The position numbers and the translations under genes are program-made. This document shows, one piece after another, positions 44,601 through 55,200 of a stretch of DNA of 64,000 bases (its first letter is position 1; every line of letters begins with the position of its first letter). Source of the stretch: a virus. The notes beneath the pieces are model-generated. The model ran no database searches. It was given only the letters and a program-made list of their open reading frames with translations, and had not been told where the DNA came from. The stretch lies in the IMG/VR virus record IMGVR_UViG_3300044623_000784, positions 1-64,000 of that record. The stretch is one strand, 5' to 3'.

Positions 44601-44955
44601 AGAAACCATCTGTCCAAGACAGTTCGCTAATTTTATTAAGGTTTTCTAAACCAATTTGATTCTTGGCTAGAAGGATAATGTGGTTATAGACAAGATCTTG
44701 TTGACCTTCTCTTTCAGACTTATCTCGTGTATCAGATATGTCTGCACACATGTATCCCTCTAGCCCAAGAATTGGCTTAATGCCCTTTGCTTTTGCAATA
44801 CGGTGCAGTTCCCTATGCCCAGATAAAGTACCGTGGTCAGTGATGGCAATTGCTGGCATCCCTAACTCAACTGCACGGTTCACGTATTCTTCTGGAGTAG
44901 CAATCCCATCAAACAAACTAAAATGGGTGTGGACATGTAAGCCTACGTAGTTCAT
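41680..44955 (-). CDS. dnaE: DNA polymerase III alpha subunit
   Basis: LHVHTHFS.FDG (PHP), ITDHG, GPGRGS, PDIDTD, HAAG, YQEQ, FNKSH. Confidence 0.96.
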   Translation of the reverse strand: MNYVGLHVHTHFSLFDGIATPEEYVNRAVELGMPAIAITDHGTLSGHRELHRIAKAKGIKPILGLEGYMCADISDTRDKSEREGQQDLVYNHIILLAKNQIGLENLNKISELSWTDGFFKKPRFDFSILEKYKEGIIVSSACPSSVLVKALEEEEFALAKKYISWFKERFADDYYIEVMPHNEAHINKYLIELADEFGIKVIVTPDCHHVDPSQKEVQEFKLLMNTHGKFVKDATYEKSKKKGSMMERLDYLYGEDRQITFNKFDIHLLSYEEMKAAMESQGIDRPDIYSNTLLLADTVGDYGIQEGLNLLPVQYKSPDKELAKVALEGLAERGLSENQEYLDRLEEELQIIKDKKFAPYFLVVSNMINWAKKEEILVGPGRGSSAGSLVCYALKITDIDPIEHNLLFFRFINPERNDFPDIDTDIQDTRREEVKDYLVRQYRHVASIATFLEFTGKGIVRDVARVLNIPLSDVNKVLKTVDTWDDFCTSKSTYEFREKYPEVEIYGEQLRGRIRGTGIHAAGVVTAKEPIFRYAPLETRSSTGSDERIPVVGVDMEEAERIGLIKIDALGLKTLSVLKNTIDIIKERDGKKIDLLKIKMDDANVYQMLSDGYTKGVFQCEAAPYTNLLVKMGVKNLNELAASNALVRPGAMNTIGKDYVDRKHGRQNISYTHQVLKQFTEDTYGCILYQEQVMQACVHLGGMSMSEADKVRKIIGKKKDAKEFDQFKEKFVEGASKFIAPNAARDLWHDFEAHAGYSFNKSHAVAYSTLSYWTAWLKYYYPLEFMYSVLKNEKDKDARTEYLIEAKRMGISVKLPHINDSDIDFKIEGKGIRFGLSSIKFISDKIGERYISARPFNSYKELEEFTFTKGNGVNSRALQALRAIGAATFNDNPRNDQEIKENLYEYLNLPEFNITIPSHYYAFIQDIVDFEEKGSYIFMGMVKSIKRGTGWSRVEILDKTGSVGIFDDENTTIETGRSYLVLCNDNRIVSFIPSDEIKESSHALVKFLSYKQLPYKDDEMFVVSFKPRITKTGKKMASLTLADTSRDLHSITVFPTSFAKAYMHIEEGKSYKFSFGKTKDGTVTLEDVHVS

Positions 44956-44956
44956 A

Positions 44957-45613
44957 TTACCAATCAGCGTTTGTTGCTGAGGTGGTAGATGGGCCATCAA
45001 AGCCCAAGTAGAACGCTTCTTGTTCTGCGTATGGAATCTTCTTTAGTGCTGACTCCAAAGGATAAGGCTCGATATCTTTCCAATCGAATGGTTCCTTATC
45101 TGGTGCTGATGGAATAAGTGTGTAATTGGTTTCAGTTCCCTGACCATTACGCTTTAACTTCCACATTACGTTTGAGATGCTTCCTGTTTCAAGGGCATAC
45201 TCACGAATTGTATTAAATGATGATTGCTTGCTGATACCCATTGACCAGATTGCAACATACGGTGCTTCAATTCCATCGTCAACTAGAACGTTGCAATAGA
45301 AGCGAAGACGGCCACGCCATCCTGCCTTTGGATCCTTACGGTGCATTTCTTCTGCCCAGTCACGGCCTTCTGACTCCATTGTATCTACAGCCTTACGCTT
45401 GTAGTCCTTTGGATTTACGTGTTCCTTAACAACAAGTGCTAGTCCACGCTTTTCGTTATAGTTTGCAGAATCCTCATCTAGTTCTTCAATGAATCGGATC
45501 TTTACTGATTGCCCATCGGCAAGTTTTAGCCACTTAACCTTTGGTCCTTCGTTTTCGTACTTTGGTCTGTCGAGCAGGGCGTTGATGTTCTTGATTCCCT
45601 TTACAATGCTCAT
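44957..45613 (-). CDS. single-stranded DNA-binding protein (gp32-like)
   Basis: L.DG.SVKIRF, KRNGQGTETNY; position in replication module. Confidence 0.7.
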   Translation of the reverse strand: MSIVKGIKNINALLDRPKYENEGPKVKWLKLADGQSVKIRFIEELDEDSANYNEKRGLALVVKEHVNPKDYKRKAVDTMESEGRDWAEEMHRKDPKAGWRGRLRFYCNVLVDDGIEAPYVAIWSMGISKQSSFNTIREYALETGSISNVMWKLKRNGQGTETNYTLIPSAPDKEPFDWKDIEPYPLESALKKIPYAEQEAFYLGFDGPSTTSATNADW

Positions 45614-45637
45614 ATTTTTCTCCTTTGTGTGTTTGTA

Positions 45638-46582
45638 TTAGTTTAGCATAGACTCTATGGTTTTGTCAAACGAAGAACTTAAAGACTTAATTTCTTCATC
45701 TGGCATATCGCCTATGTCTTTATATTTTGTATTTAGTTGTATAACAGATACACGAGATCCAAGTTTTTCAATTATCCTGTCTTTCATGTTTCCTCCTGCC
45801 TCATCATTATCTGCAATAACAAGAATGTTATTGAAATACTTTTGAAGCAATTCTATTTGTGAACTTGATACATTTGCCCCTAGGGTTGCAACGGCTGGTA
45901 GACCTACCTGGTCAAGCCTAATTGCATCAAATGATGATTCCACTACATACACTCTATCAGATTTCTTAACTCTGTGCAAGTTAAAAAGTGTCTTGCTCTT
46001 TGGAAGACCTGGAGTATTTTTAAAATCTTTTCCTTCAATAGACCTACCAACAAACCCAATTGCAATTCCATCTGGACTATGTACTGGAACTGTGACCATG
46101 TCCTGCTTATCTGAATAACCTAAAGAAAACTTTGACCAAGATTCAATCTCAATATGCCTTGATATAAAATAATTTTTTGGTCTATCTAGTGATACTAGAT
46201 TGTTATAAAGCCTTTTTAGTATATCTACATCAAACTGTTTAAACTCTTTTTCTACCACAAGGCTTTTATTAATATCATCAACAAGATTGCTTAACTTTTC
46301 TTTTGACTTGATGTATCTGGCTCCTTCAAAATAAGTTCTGCCAGAAGTGTGCATAATTAACTCTATAAGGTCTGCTGTCTTTTGGCAAGAGAAACAAAAG
46401 AACAAACCGTTTAACTTGTGTACTTCTCCTGCTGGGGTTCTGTGATTATTGTGGAAGGGGCAAAAAATTATATAATTATCTGACAAGTCAGACTCAATGT
46501 CTATACCCGATCCTGTAAGGACTCTTCGGACTTGGTCTGCGGTATAAAGATTGGATTGGTTCCGTCTATACCTGCTATCCAT
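45638..46582 (-). CDS. dnaG: DNA primase
   Basis: CPFH..CFSC zinc finger, GFVGR, VES.FD, DND.AG TOPRIM. Confidence 0.92.
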   Translation of the reverse strand: MDSRYRRNQSNLYTADQVRRVLTGSGIDIESDLSDNYIIFCPFHNNHRTPAGEVHKLNGLFFCFSCQKTADLIELIMHTSGRTYFEGARYIKSKEKLSNLVDDINKSLVVEKEFKQFDVDILKRLYNNLVSLDRPKNYFISRHIEIESWSKFSLGYSDKQDMVTVPVHSPDGIAIGFVGRSIEGKDFKNTPGLPKSKTLFNLHRVKKSDRVYVVESSFDAIRLDQVGLPAVATLGANVSSSQIELLQKYFNNILVIADNDEAGGNMKDRIIEKLGSRVSVIQLNTKYKDIGDMPDEEIKSLSSSFDKTIESMLN

Positions 46583-46854
46583 TCGCTTTTCCTCTTCCCT
46601 GCGTAAACTGCCTGTATCGATAATTCAAATTCGTAAAAGTTCTTGTTACTATTATATCTTATTGTGAAGTCTGGGTCAAGGTCAATCCTTGGCACATACC
46701 CGCTTAGTTTCATTTCTGAGACTAACAATCTTATGTATTCTATTTTGAGTCTGCCTATCATGGAATCATCGTGAATGATCCCATCAAGATAAAACCTTTT
46801 TATGGGCTTATGATGGTAGAACGTTGGTGGCAGGTTCTCTCTTTTTTCTGACAT
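46501..46854 (-). CDS. hypothetical protein
   Basis: 117-aa ORF between helicase and primase. Confidence 0.75.
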   Translation of the reverse strand: MSEKRENLPPTFYHHKPIKRFYLDGIIHDDSMIGRLKIEYIRLLVSEMKLSGYVPRIDLDPDFTIRYNSNKNFYEFELSIQAVYAGKRKSEWIAGIDGTNPIFIPQTKSEESLQDRV

Positions 46855-46866
46855 ATCATATTATAA

Positions 46867-48087
46867 CTACTTATCTTCAAAGTCTTTGTACCTATAGTAT
46901 CCCTTGTCAAAATCGCACTGAACTAGGAAGTCTCCCATAAATCCATTACGGTTCTTTCTAAAGGCACACTCAATGATATCGCTATTGGTTCCACGCCCTA
47001 GAGCAAGTACCCAGTCAGCATCGTAGGCAATCTGTCTAGACCATGCTGTTTGACCCAGCGTAGGTACCGTAGAGAGGTCGTTAACGTCATCTGGTGTTGC
47101 AGATGATATAGCAATAATAGGAACTTCTTCACCAATAGCCATTAGTTTAAGTTCTCTTGAAAGGTTCTTCATTCGTACCGTTTCATTATCTGACTTCTGA
47201 TTAGGAGCCATCAACTGAAGGTAGTCAACGATTACAAAGTCTGGCCTATACTGATCAATTTTTCCACGAAGAACAGAAGGGTTGATCTCTCCACCTTGAT
47301 CGTTTGATATGATATGAAATTCTGGCTTTCCTGCAAGATTCTTTGCATGCCATTCCTTTAGCATGTCAATTTCAATCTCGCCATTGCTAATCTTTCTATG
47401 TGACCAGCGACCTTCACCCATAATAGTAAATACACGGTTTCTTACTTCTGTCTCTGACATCTCAAGGGATATCACAAGGGGTGTCTTACCCTGCTTCCAG
47501 GCCTGCACAGCAAAGTACAGGGCTAACCAAGACTTTCCTATACCTGGGTATGCCAAGAAGACTCCTAACTGCCCTGGCATAATTCCAGATGGCAAGTAGT
47601 TATCAAATCCTGGCAAGCCAGTCTTGATGCCAATATGTCCTAGGGCTTGTTGCTTCTTTACATTTTCAAAGTAAGCAACTGCAGACTCTAGGTCTGTGAC
47701 ATCAATATCACGAATAGCAGCGGTGTTCTTTTTTAACTCTGAGGTCTTTGTAATAAGATCGTTTAGGGCAATACTGCCTTGATTATTTTGTACATTTGTT
47801 GCTGCGGATCTAAGAATATCTTTTAGACTATCATTTAAATATTCTCCTTGAAGTTCTTCAAGATGATGCTTTGTTGCTCCAACCCCTGCTATTGGTTCAA
47901 AGTCTCTAAACTTTTCTGTAACTAATTCTTGTGGTGGCAAAGAAGCGTTTGCTTCAAAGTATAAACGAACAAACTCCCAGATATCTCCGTGGGTTCTTAG
48001 AAGATTATCAACATTGGCTTGAAGAAGAACATGCATCTGCTTATCTTTAAGGACTGCCGTAATTAGTTTTGACTCTGTATTATTCAC
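46867..48087 (-). CDS. dnaB: replicative DNA helicase
   Basis: AYPGIGKS, SLEMS, VDYLQL, YDAD, KNRNG. Confidence 0.93.
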   Translation of the reverse strand: MNNTESKLITAVLKDKQMHVLLQANVDNLLRTHGDIWEFVRLYFEANASLPPQELVTEKFRDFEPIAGVGATKHHLEELQGEYLNDSLKDILRSAATNVQNNQGSIALNDLITKTSELKKNTAAIRDIDVTDLESAVAYFENVKKQQALGHIGIKTGLPGFDNYLPSGIMPGQLGVFLAYPGIGKSWLALYFAVQAWKQGKTPLVISLEMSETEVRNRVFTIMGEGRWSHRKISNGEIEIDMLKEWHAKNLAGKPEFHIISNDQGGEINPSVLRGKIDQYRPDFVIVDYLQLMAPNQKSDNETVRMKNLSRELKLMAIGEEVPIIAISSATPDDVNDLSTVPTLGQTAWSRQIAYDADWVLALGRGTNSDIIECAFRKNRNGFMGDFLVQCDFDKGYYRYKDFEDK

Positions 48088-48388
48088 TTAGCCACTCCTT
48101 TGCCATTCGTCTACGCTCTTCCCTTTCTGAATTATCTTTTGCTTTGTCTCTTTGTGCCTGTAGTATTTTTTCTGCATTATATGCAAAGTAGTTCCATGAA
48201 GGATTCTCTGCAACATTAAAGTAATACTCAAGTATATCGTAACATCCTGGTAGCGTATATGATTCAACAAGAGCATCTGATGCCCACTGTTCTACATTTA
48301 GATTTAAGGATGGCTTTGATTCGTACCTTGCGGTATGATACTTGCTGTATCTTGAAAGCAAAGCCATTCGGTCTTTGCGTTCTGCCAT
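48080..48388 (-). CDS. hypothetical protein
   Basis: 102 aa, directly upstream of helicase. Confidence 0.75.
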   Translation of the reverse strand: MAERKDRMALLSRYSKYHTARYESKPSLNLNVEQWASDALVESYTLPGCYDILEYYFNVAENPSWNYFAYNAEKILQAQRDKAKDNSEREERRRMAKEWLSE

Positions 48389-48618
48389 TATCCTTCAGCA
48401 GCCTCCGATTGGGCTTCTAAAATCTTTGCAGTTAGTTTGTCTTCAACAAACTTGTAAACACGCTCAAAAGATTGATCGACTGTCTCACCATTGCGTGAAC
48501 TATCAACAACGCCAAGATCAAGTCTTAGTGATTGGAAATTTCCTAGATTTAATGTGTATCCAAGTGTTACAGATACCTTTGTTGGCTCATTTGTTACTAC
48601 ATAATTGCTGTCTGACAT
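48388..48618 (-). CDS. hypothetical protein
   Basis: LGYTLNLGNFQSLR; start reassigned to MSDSN. Confidence 0.75.
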   Translation of the reverse strand: MSDSNYVVTNEPTKVSVTLGYTLNLGNFQSLRLDLGVVDSSRNGETVDQSFERVYKFVEDKLTAKILEAQSEAAEG

Positions 48619-48631
48619 TTTATACCCTTCG

Positions 48632-49174
48632 TTAAATAGACTCATTCCAGATTGGAATAAATCGCCCATCTTCTGTTCTCCTATATGTAAGTATACCATC
48701 GCCCATTCTTCGTGTCAACTCTTGTTTACTAGGCGTAATATCATTAGTAATTAACTTATCTTTTCTTGGTCTGCCAATATGATATGAAGCAAGTATATCA
48801 CGGATCTCTTTTACTTGTGATTCTGAGTAATATGATCTTACCTGAAATCCTCTGGCCCCACCCTTTTGAGATCCCGTTGGAAAAGGTATAATACCTTTCT
48901 TCATTAAGGTTGGCATATATTTTTTATGACGATTAACTAAATCAGCAGTCTGACCAACAGTGTATGCTCGCTCTCTTTTATTTTTAAAATCACTAATTAA
49001 ACAACTTTCAATCTGATCTTTAGTAATATTATAGACAGACATTATTCCATTAGAATGATTGTAGTGATGTATCCTAACAAGGTCCCCATTAAGAAACCAA
49101 ACCTTTTTGTTACCTGGTATTACAGGTGACTCATTGTATTTTTCGCTCTCGATTGTTCCCTTTTTAGTAACCAT
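48632..49174 (-). CDS. MerR-like HTH DNA-binding protein
   Basis: YTVGQTADLV....T....G.IP...R.YYSE..V. Confidence 0.65.
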   Translation of the reverse strand: MVTKKGTIESEKYNESPVIPGNKKVWFLNGDLVRIHHYNHSNGIMSVYNITKDQIESCLISDFKNKRERAYTVGQTADLVNRHKKYMPTLMKKGIIPFPTGSQKGGARGFQVRSYYSESQVKEIRDILASYHIGRPRKDKLITNDITPSKQELTRRMGDGILTYRRTEDGRFIPIWNESI

Positions 49175-49311
49175 CGTCCCTCCAAGGTGTGGCTAGGTGG
49201 ATGAAAGAATACTCTAAATCCACAACTCATACAATAAACTTCTAAATGATTAATCTCAGTATATTGTCTATCTATAAACATTCTGCCTTTGCATTTTTTA
49301 CATGACATCAT
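49120..49311 (-). CDS. small Zn-ribbon protein
   Basis: CKKCKGRM...CMSCG. Confidence 0.7.
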   Translation of the reverse strand: MMSCKKCKGRMFIDRQYTEINHLEVYCMSCGFRVFFHPPSHTLEGRWLLKREQSRAKNTMSHL

Positions 49312-49754
49312 TAGTTGGGGATTCCAACTACTATTAGGTTAAGACCAACGCTTGTGTCTCCTCCAGTATTAAACTTAACTGTTCCCTCTACTCTAGAAGT
49401 TGATACACTATTTATAGTTACCGTTACATCTTTTCCAGCATCAGTGTTTCCTACGTTAATCGGGGTTACTGTTACTATGGGAGCAAACTTAAAGTCTGTT
49501 GAAAAGTCATAGGAGAATGTTTTGGACGATCCTGCGATCTGGGTGGTACTTGTTGTTACCTGAACGTACCCACCGATTATACGAGCCTCTGATGACTTTA
49601 CGCTCTGCTTACCTGATGTCGGTGTGTCTACTGTAACATACTTGTAAACTGAGGTTGATATCTGAGATGAAAGATCATTAATAGCCTTAACAATCTGATA
49701 TATATAGGTTACGTCTAGAGGTTGTCCTCTTTCTGGCACAGGTAATATTGACAT
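49311..49754 (-). CDS. virion/tail-associated protein
   Basis: Beta-rich, F...PIVTVT; tail module. Confidence 0.6.
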   Translation of the reverse strand: MSILPVPERGQPLDVTYIYQIVKAINDLSSQISTSVYKYVTVDTPTSGKQSVKSSEARIIGGYVQVTTSTTQIAGSSKTFSYDFSTDFKFAPIVTVTPINVGNTDAGKDVTVTINSVSTSRVEGTVKFNTGGDTSVGLNLIVVGIPN

Positions 49755-49761
49755 ACTCTAA

Positions 49762-50235
49762 TTATACCAGAGACCCTGTAACTGCGTTCCTGGTTCCTGA
49801 GTCAAAGATTTTGATAGTTTTACCTGGTGTTGGAGTTCCTGATATAACCTGTGGTTTTGTTGATGCTAATTGTACCAACACTCTAATTGTCTGAGGAGTT
49901 CCAGTTTTTAAAAATGAAATACTTGTTCCAGTTGGTGTTCCAATATGTGTCATTGTGGGGCTAGAATCATATTGAACAAAAACATCATACTTTGTTTGGT
50001 CTGCTGGATTTGACCCATTAGACCAGTTTACCAATACTAAGTTTCCAACTATAGTTATATCTCCTGGCAAAACCTGAACGAACTGTCCATTAATCATAAA
50101 AATCTGTGACCATGCAGACTTTCTATTCTTGTCTTCTGCTACTAGCCTAAACCTTATAACTCTTCCATTTTCTGAAGAAACTTTTCCTAAAAGTTCTTTT
50201 TTAACTATAACATTTTTGATTCCTGCATCTGCCAC
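49762..50235 (-). CDS. tail-associated protein (FN3-like)
   Basis: R.SAWS, VNW...YDVFV. Confidence 0.55.
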   Translation of the reverse strand: MADAGIKNVIVKKELLGKVSSENGRVIRFRLVAEDKNRKSAWSQIFMINGQFVQVLPGDITIVGNLVLVNWSNGSNPADQTKYDVFVQYDSSPTMTHIGTPTGTSISFLKTGTPQTIRVLVQLASTKPQVISGTPTPGKTIKIFDSGTRNAVTGSLV

Positions 50236-51593
50236 TATAGCACATCCAAACCGAATCTAAATTCAATATAGTTTGTCGTATTCGCTGACTTAATGATTGT
50301 TTTTGCATTTGGAGTTCTCATAACAGAGTATCCTGTTAGCCCATAAACAGAATTTGTTGATGTAACATTCTCAAGTCTAAATCCATCTAGACAAACATAA
50401 AAGTCTGATGTTGGAGTATTGTTTCCATCTTTCATAACAGAAACATAAATTCTGGCAGTATTTATTTCTGCCCAAGAAAAGTCTGCACTTTTCTGTAGTT
50501 CCTGAAGTTGCTTTGATACAACCAGGTATCTGTTTGTTGAAAAGTTATTGTCTGCACTAGTAACGACTGCTTCAAAAAGTGCCCACTTACCAGTTTTAAA
50601 TGTGCCAGTAGAAGAAAACTCAACAATAATTCTAACAGATGTTGGTAGTGTTTGTGCATTGCCAACCTTATTAACTACAGAAAATGCCAGCCTGAGTTCA
50701 TCTGTTGGTGAGTTTTTGCTAAAATCTACCGCTGTTCCACTTAGTTGTACAAACTCTGATCCAGTTGCTGCAACTAGATGGTTATCAGACTCTATAGATA
50801 TTGTAGATGTATTACCTGACATTATAAGAATATTGTTTAGGAATCTACACCTTTCATGTCTGTCTACTCTATTCTCATTGGTAAAAATTTTATTATCTGC
50901 GTTTGTTTGAAACACAGGATATATTTGATTTATAATATTTGTATCAACATCATTAATTAAATATCCAGCAGTTTTAAATGTACCAACAACAGCAGAGTCT
51001 GCTACCAATGTAAAAGTTGTAGGAGATGGTACGGCCACAATTTCTTTATCCGTTAGATTAAAACTGCTTGGAGAAATTCCAGAAACAGAAACTTTGGTGT
51101 TGTTGTTAGGAGAAAAGCCGTGGGGTGCATCTGTTGTGTACGTTACATTTACTCCAGATGCTACTGCTCCTACTATGTTAACAAGTCTGTCATCTAGGGG
51201 GGAGTATATTACTGGAATCTCTTTACCCTGAGAAGAATACTTCCAGGACTCTGAATCAGAAAAGGCATAGATACTTTTACTATCAAATGCTCCTGCTGCT
51301 GGATTTGATGCTGCAGAAAATATACCTACCTCAGTAATTTCATATCTTTCTTGTGTTGGAAGTTCTGCCGTTAGCACAACCTTTGAGACTCCTGACTCGT
51401 CAACAAAACCTCTTGAAATAATAGGAACACGGAACATCTCAAAGTCAAGTGACTTCTTATCAGAAAAGTCTGGAAGAGTTCCATCCTGAGTCAATGGCTT
51501 TGGTCCACACCCAACAGCGATATGAGAAGCATAGGATGGTGTTTGGCCAACAAGGTACTTGGCTAAAATATTTTTACCTGTATTTGTTATCAT
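50235..51593 (-). CDS. minor tail/baseplate-like protein
   Basis: MITNTGK..LA, IAVG.G, ITEVGIF. Confidence 0.65.
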   Translation of the reverse strand: MITNTGKNILAKYLVGQTPSYASHIAVGCGPKPLTQDGTLPDFSDKKSLDFEMFRVPIISRGFVDESGVSKVVLTAELPTQERYEITEVGIFSAASNPAAGAFDSKSIYAFSDSESWKYSSQGKEIPVIYSPLDDRLVNIVGAVASGVNVTYTTDAPHGFSPNNNTKVSVSGISPSSFNLTDKEIVAVPSPTTFTLVADSAVVGTFKTAGYLINDVDTNIINQIYPVFQTNADNKIFTNENRVDRHERCRFLNNILIMSGNTSTISIESDNHLVAATGSEFVQLSGTAVDFSKNSPTDELRLAFSVVNKVGNAQTLPTSVRIIVEFSSTGTFKTGKWALFEAVVTSADNNFSTNRYLVVSKQLQELQKSADFSWAEINTARIYVSVMKDGNNTPTSDFYVCLDGFRLENVTSTNSVYGLTGYSVMRTPNAKTIIKSANTTNYIEFRFGLDVL

Positions 51594-52232
51594 TTAATTT
51601 CCTCCATTGTATATTGTAGCATCATAAATCTCTCCACTTGTTAGCAACTGAACCTCTGCTTGTACTCCATCTTTTAGGTTAACAAGGTTTATTACCAGGT
51701 CCCCCGTTATTGGGTCTATGTATATAGATTTGCAATTTGGTACCTTTGTCCACTTAGTCTTATCTGGCTCAAGTGGGTTTTCAATTATGTCATATCCATT
51801 TCCACATACTGGCAGGTGATCCATTATTGCAATAGATAAAGACTTAAAGTATGAATCAGACTGCTGCAGCCTTAAAATATTATTTGGGTTGTACTGTAAA
51901 TAAAGATCTGTTAAATTTTTAATAGGTGCATAGACTACTTTTTGACCATTGACTAGGTCATGTCTGGATATTGTTGCAAGTTCTTGACCACCAATATCTT
52001 CAAATATTAGGTCTGTCATTATTTCAATAGACATAACCTCTGAATCTCTTATTATTAAGTCAGGGGTTGCAATTTTTATGGCTTTCACAGTTGACTTTAA
52101 TGAAGCACTTTGAGATGCTGCGTTGTCTACCAATGGTAGTGAAGCCGTAGCATTTGGTATTGGTAATGATGCTGTAGTATTTGGAGATACAGTTTCTCCG
52201 CCACCATCATGCATGGGACCTAGATATCTCAT
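51594..52232 (-). CDS. tail-module hypothetical protein
   Basis: 212-aa ORF in tail operon. Confidence 0.65.
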   Translation of the reverse strand: MRYLGPMHDGGGETVSPNTTASLPIPNATASLPLVDNAASQSASLKSTVKAIKIATPDLIIRDSEVMSIEIMTDLIFEDIGGQELATISRHDLVNGQKVVYAPIKNLTDLYLQYNPNNILRLQQSDSYFKSLSIAIMDHLPVCGNGYDIIENPLEPDKTKWTKVPNCKSIYIDPITGDLVINLVNLKDGVQAEVQLLTSGEIYDATIYNGGN

Positions 52233-55200
52233 CAGACTACCTCACTCAAAAACAATGTCATATCTGGTCCATCTACACTCTTAGAATAATCAATGTTATA
52301 GATTACAAACCTACTTGATGAAGGAGATGCCATAGATACTCCGTTTTCTTCGTAGTCAAGGGTCACGATGTCTCCCAGTTGTAAGGTTGGTATTGCAAAC
52401 ACCTTAACACCAACAGACCTTCTTGGCTTTGCTATTTTTTCAATAAGCCATTTCATTAAACTATTTGCCTCATCATAAGATTGAATGTATGGAGTATCTA
52501 ATGAAAAATCTTTTTTACCATATGTCATTCTGCTTAACTTTATATCTTGATAGTCTTGTTTAAACTTATATGGGTTTGACAATAAAGTCTCTGCAACAAA
52601 CTGAGGGTTTGAGGTTAGTGTGTTTTTATTAAAATATTCATCAACCGTTAATCTGTTGTCGGACTGTTGTGTAAAAGTTACACCTTGAACTCTTAAATAG
52701 TTGCCAGTTGTTTCGTCTAAACTAATTGCTGTATCTGTTGCATTAAAAATCATAAACTCTGCTCCATACGAGCCTGCTCTAAAACCAGAAACGACATAGC
52801 CTTTTAGTTTATTAAATGTTGGAGAAATCTTTGCAGTTAAGGCTGGAAAGGCTTTGTCGTACTTAAAATTAAATGTTGCTGCTTCTCTCATTATGCTACC
52901 AAACTCTTCAAAGTATATGTTATACTTTGGGGCTTCTGAGTTTCCTATGCCTGCTAAGTATGTGTTTTGAATTAGTCCGCTGATAGAGTATTTTCTAAAA
53001 GATTCGTTAGCATTTATATCTGAGTCGCCAAACACAGAGTTGACTGGAGCGCCCAAAGAAAATGTTGTGTTCTGAGAATAGTTGTTGCATAGGGCATAAA
53101 CATTTTCAAACATGATCCTAGAAGAACCTCGTGTGAACAATGCAACATCTGAGTAGGCTGGAAGAGGATCTGTATCGTCTACTGTCTTAACTAGTTGGCC
53201 ATTTAGGTATAGATAGAATCTTCTTGTGCTACCTATGTCTTCGTATTCGGCTGCTAGATCATATACCGTTGAATTTTCTTCAGAAACAATTCTTGCCTGC
53301 CCAGTAAATTTTCCGTCATCTACAGTAATTTCTCCAAGACCTTGCCAAAGAGAGACTGGAACTGCTACGCCATTGTTAGATTTTATCTTATAAAAGAAAA
53401 CATTGCTAACACTTTGTCTTTCTTCATCTGACAAATTTCCAACACCTAGCGCTGCAATCTCAAAATAATAACCAACATTTGTTGTTGGGTTAAGCATAAA
53501 TGCAAGACCTCCAGAGCCACCAGATATATTTATATTTTTATCTGGAGTGCTACCATTAACAACGTAGTATGTTGAGGATCCATTAGATGTCTGACCTCTA
53601 TCTTCGTTGTTTTCAATCTTTCCAACAATTCTCATTCTTGTTCCAAAATGTTTGTACTTTTTGTCTTTTAAATTTTTATGCACATAAGATATAAAATCTC
53701 TTGGATTTTCTTTAGTTGTAAAGTTTGGTCCAGTAAGGGACAAAGCAGAAGATTGCAGAGTTCCAGTCTGTTGCTTTGTTGCCGTTGCAATCTCTCCAAT
53801 AAAAGATGTTGACATAAAGTTTTTAATGATTCCACTTCTTGAAGATGTTCTTGCAATCGCATCTGAAGAGTATCCTTCTCTAGTTGCCTTGCCAGCAGCC
53901 TTTAGAAGGTCTATCTCTTGTTGTGTCGCCCCTGGTGGTATTGTTATTTCAATATCTACTGATTCTACATCTTGATCAAATAAAAATTCTGAAAGCATTG
54001 AGCAACCCTTAACATTGTCATCTGATTTCCAGTAATCAGATATTCCAGCAGAGTGTGCTACAACTTCAGTCCCAAATTGACCACGGCCATGTTTTTGAAC
54101 AACTCCATTCTGTAGTTTAACTACACCATCTTTTTCAAAATACTTTGGCTCAGAGTATATTCTAACCAGTCCTGTTGGATATATCTTTCCGTTAAATGGC
54201 AGTTTTGCAAAATAGTTTTGATAATCTTCGGTTGATGTTATCCAAACATTACCAAACCCAGAAACATTATATTGAACAGCATCATATTTAATGATTTCTC
54301 CTTGAGAGTAGAAGTATCCGCTATACCTAGTGATCCAGTAGGCCGCCTCTCCAAGGCTAAATGTGTTATTAATAACAATGTTATTTTTTACTTCTGGTAC
54401 AGAAGCAGTTAGATCTGAGTTAAGAGGAATGGCACTGAGGACATAGGCAGACTGAGTTGCTACTTCGTTATTTATTGACTTAGTATTCTGTGTGCCAGAC
54501 ACTTCCCATAACAGTGCTGGCTTGTACGTATAGTATCTTTCATCATCTACAAGGCTTGCCTGTCTTAGTGATCCTATAGATCTCTGGATATATCTTGTAC
54601 TATAGTTAATTGCGCCATCATTGTATACCGCACTATCCTGGGTTGATACAGAAATAACATTTGCTAGTTTTGGCTTATTTGTTTTATTTCTTATTTCTCT
54701 ATCTTCTACAAAATCTTTTGTGCCCTTAAGATCAAAGGTTGTTGGCCTTTCTTCTATCGTTGGCATAATATAGTTTTTACTCATCATTACAAAATTATTA
54801 TATTCATCAAAGAACATTGCTGTCTGAGTTGAAACTGCCAAATCTTGAAGAACCTCTGCAACGCTAGTATCTGGTCCAACAAAGAAATATGGAATTATAA
54901 TTTCCTTTTCGTTTGCAACTCTTTTAAATGTATAGTTAGAAAAGCCTACATGGTCTAGAAGTAGAGATACTGCAGAACTTACAGAAACCTCTGTCATCAA
55001 TATCTCTGGAGCCCTGATTGATTCTAGGTACCAGTACAAATCCCTCAAGGTTATAGATACATGCTTTGACATTAGGTCTTGTTTTGGAAAGGCATCAGAA
55101 TATAATGCTTTAATTGGAACATAATAGTCCCACCCATTAACATCAACAATGACTTCATAGAATTTAAACTGAACATGTCTTGAAATATATTTAGCAATAA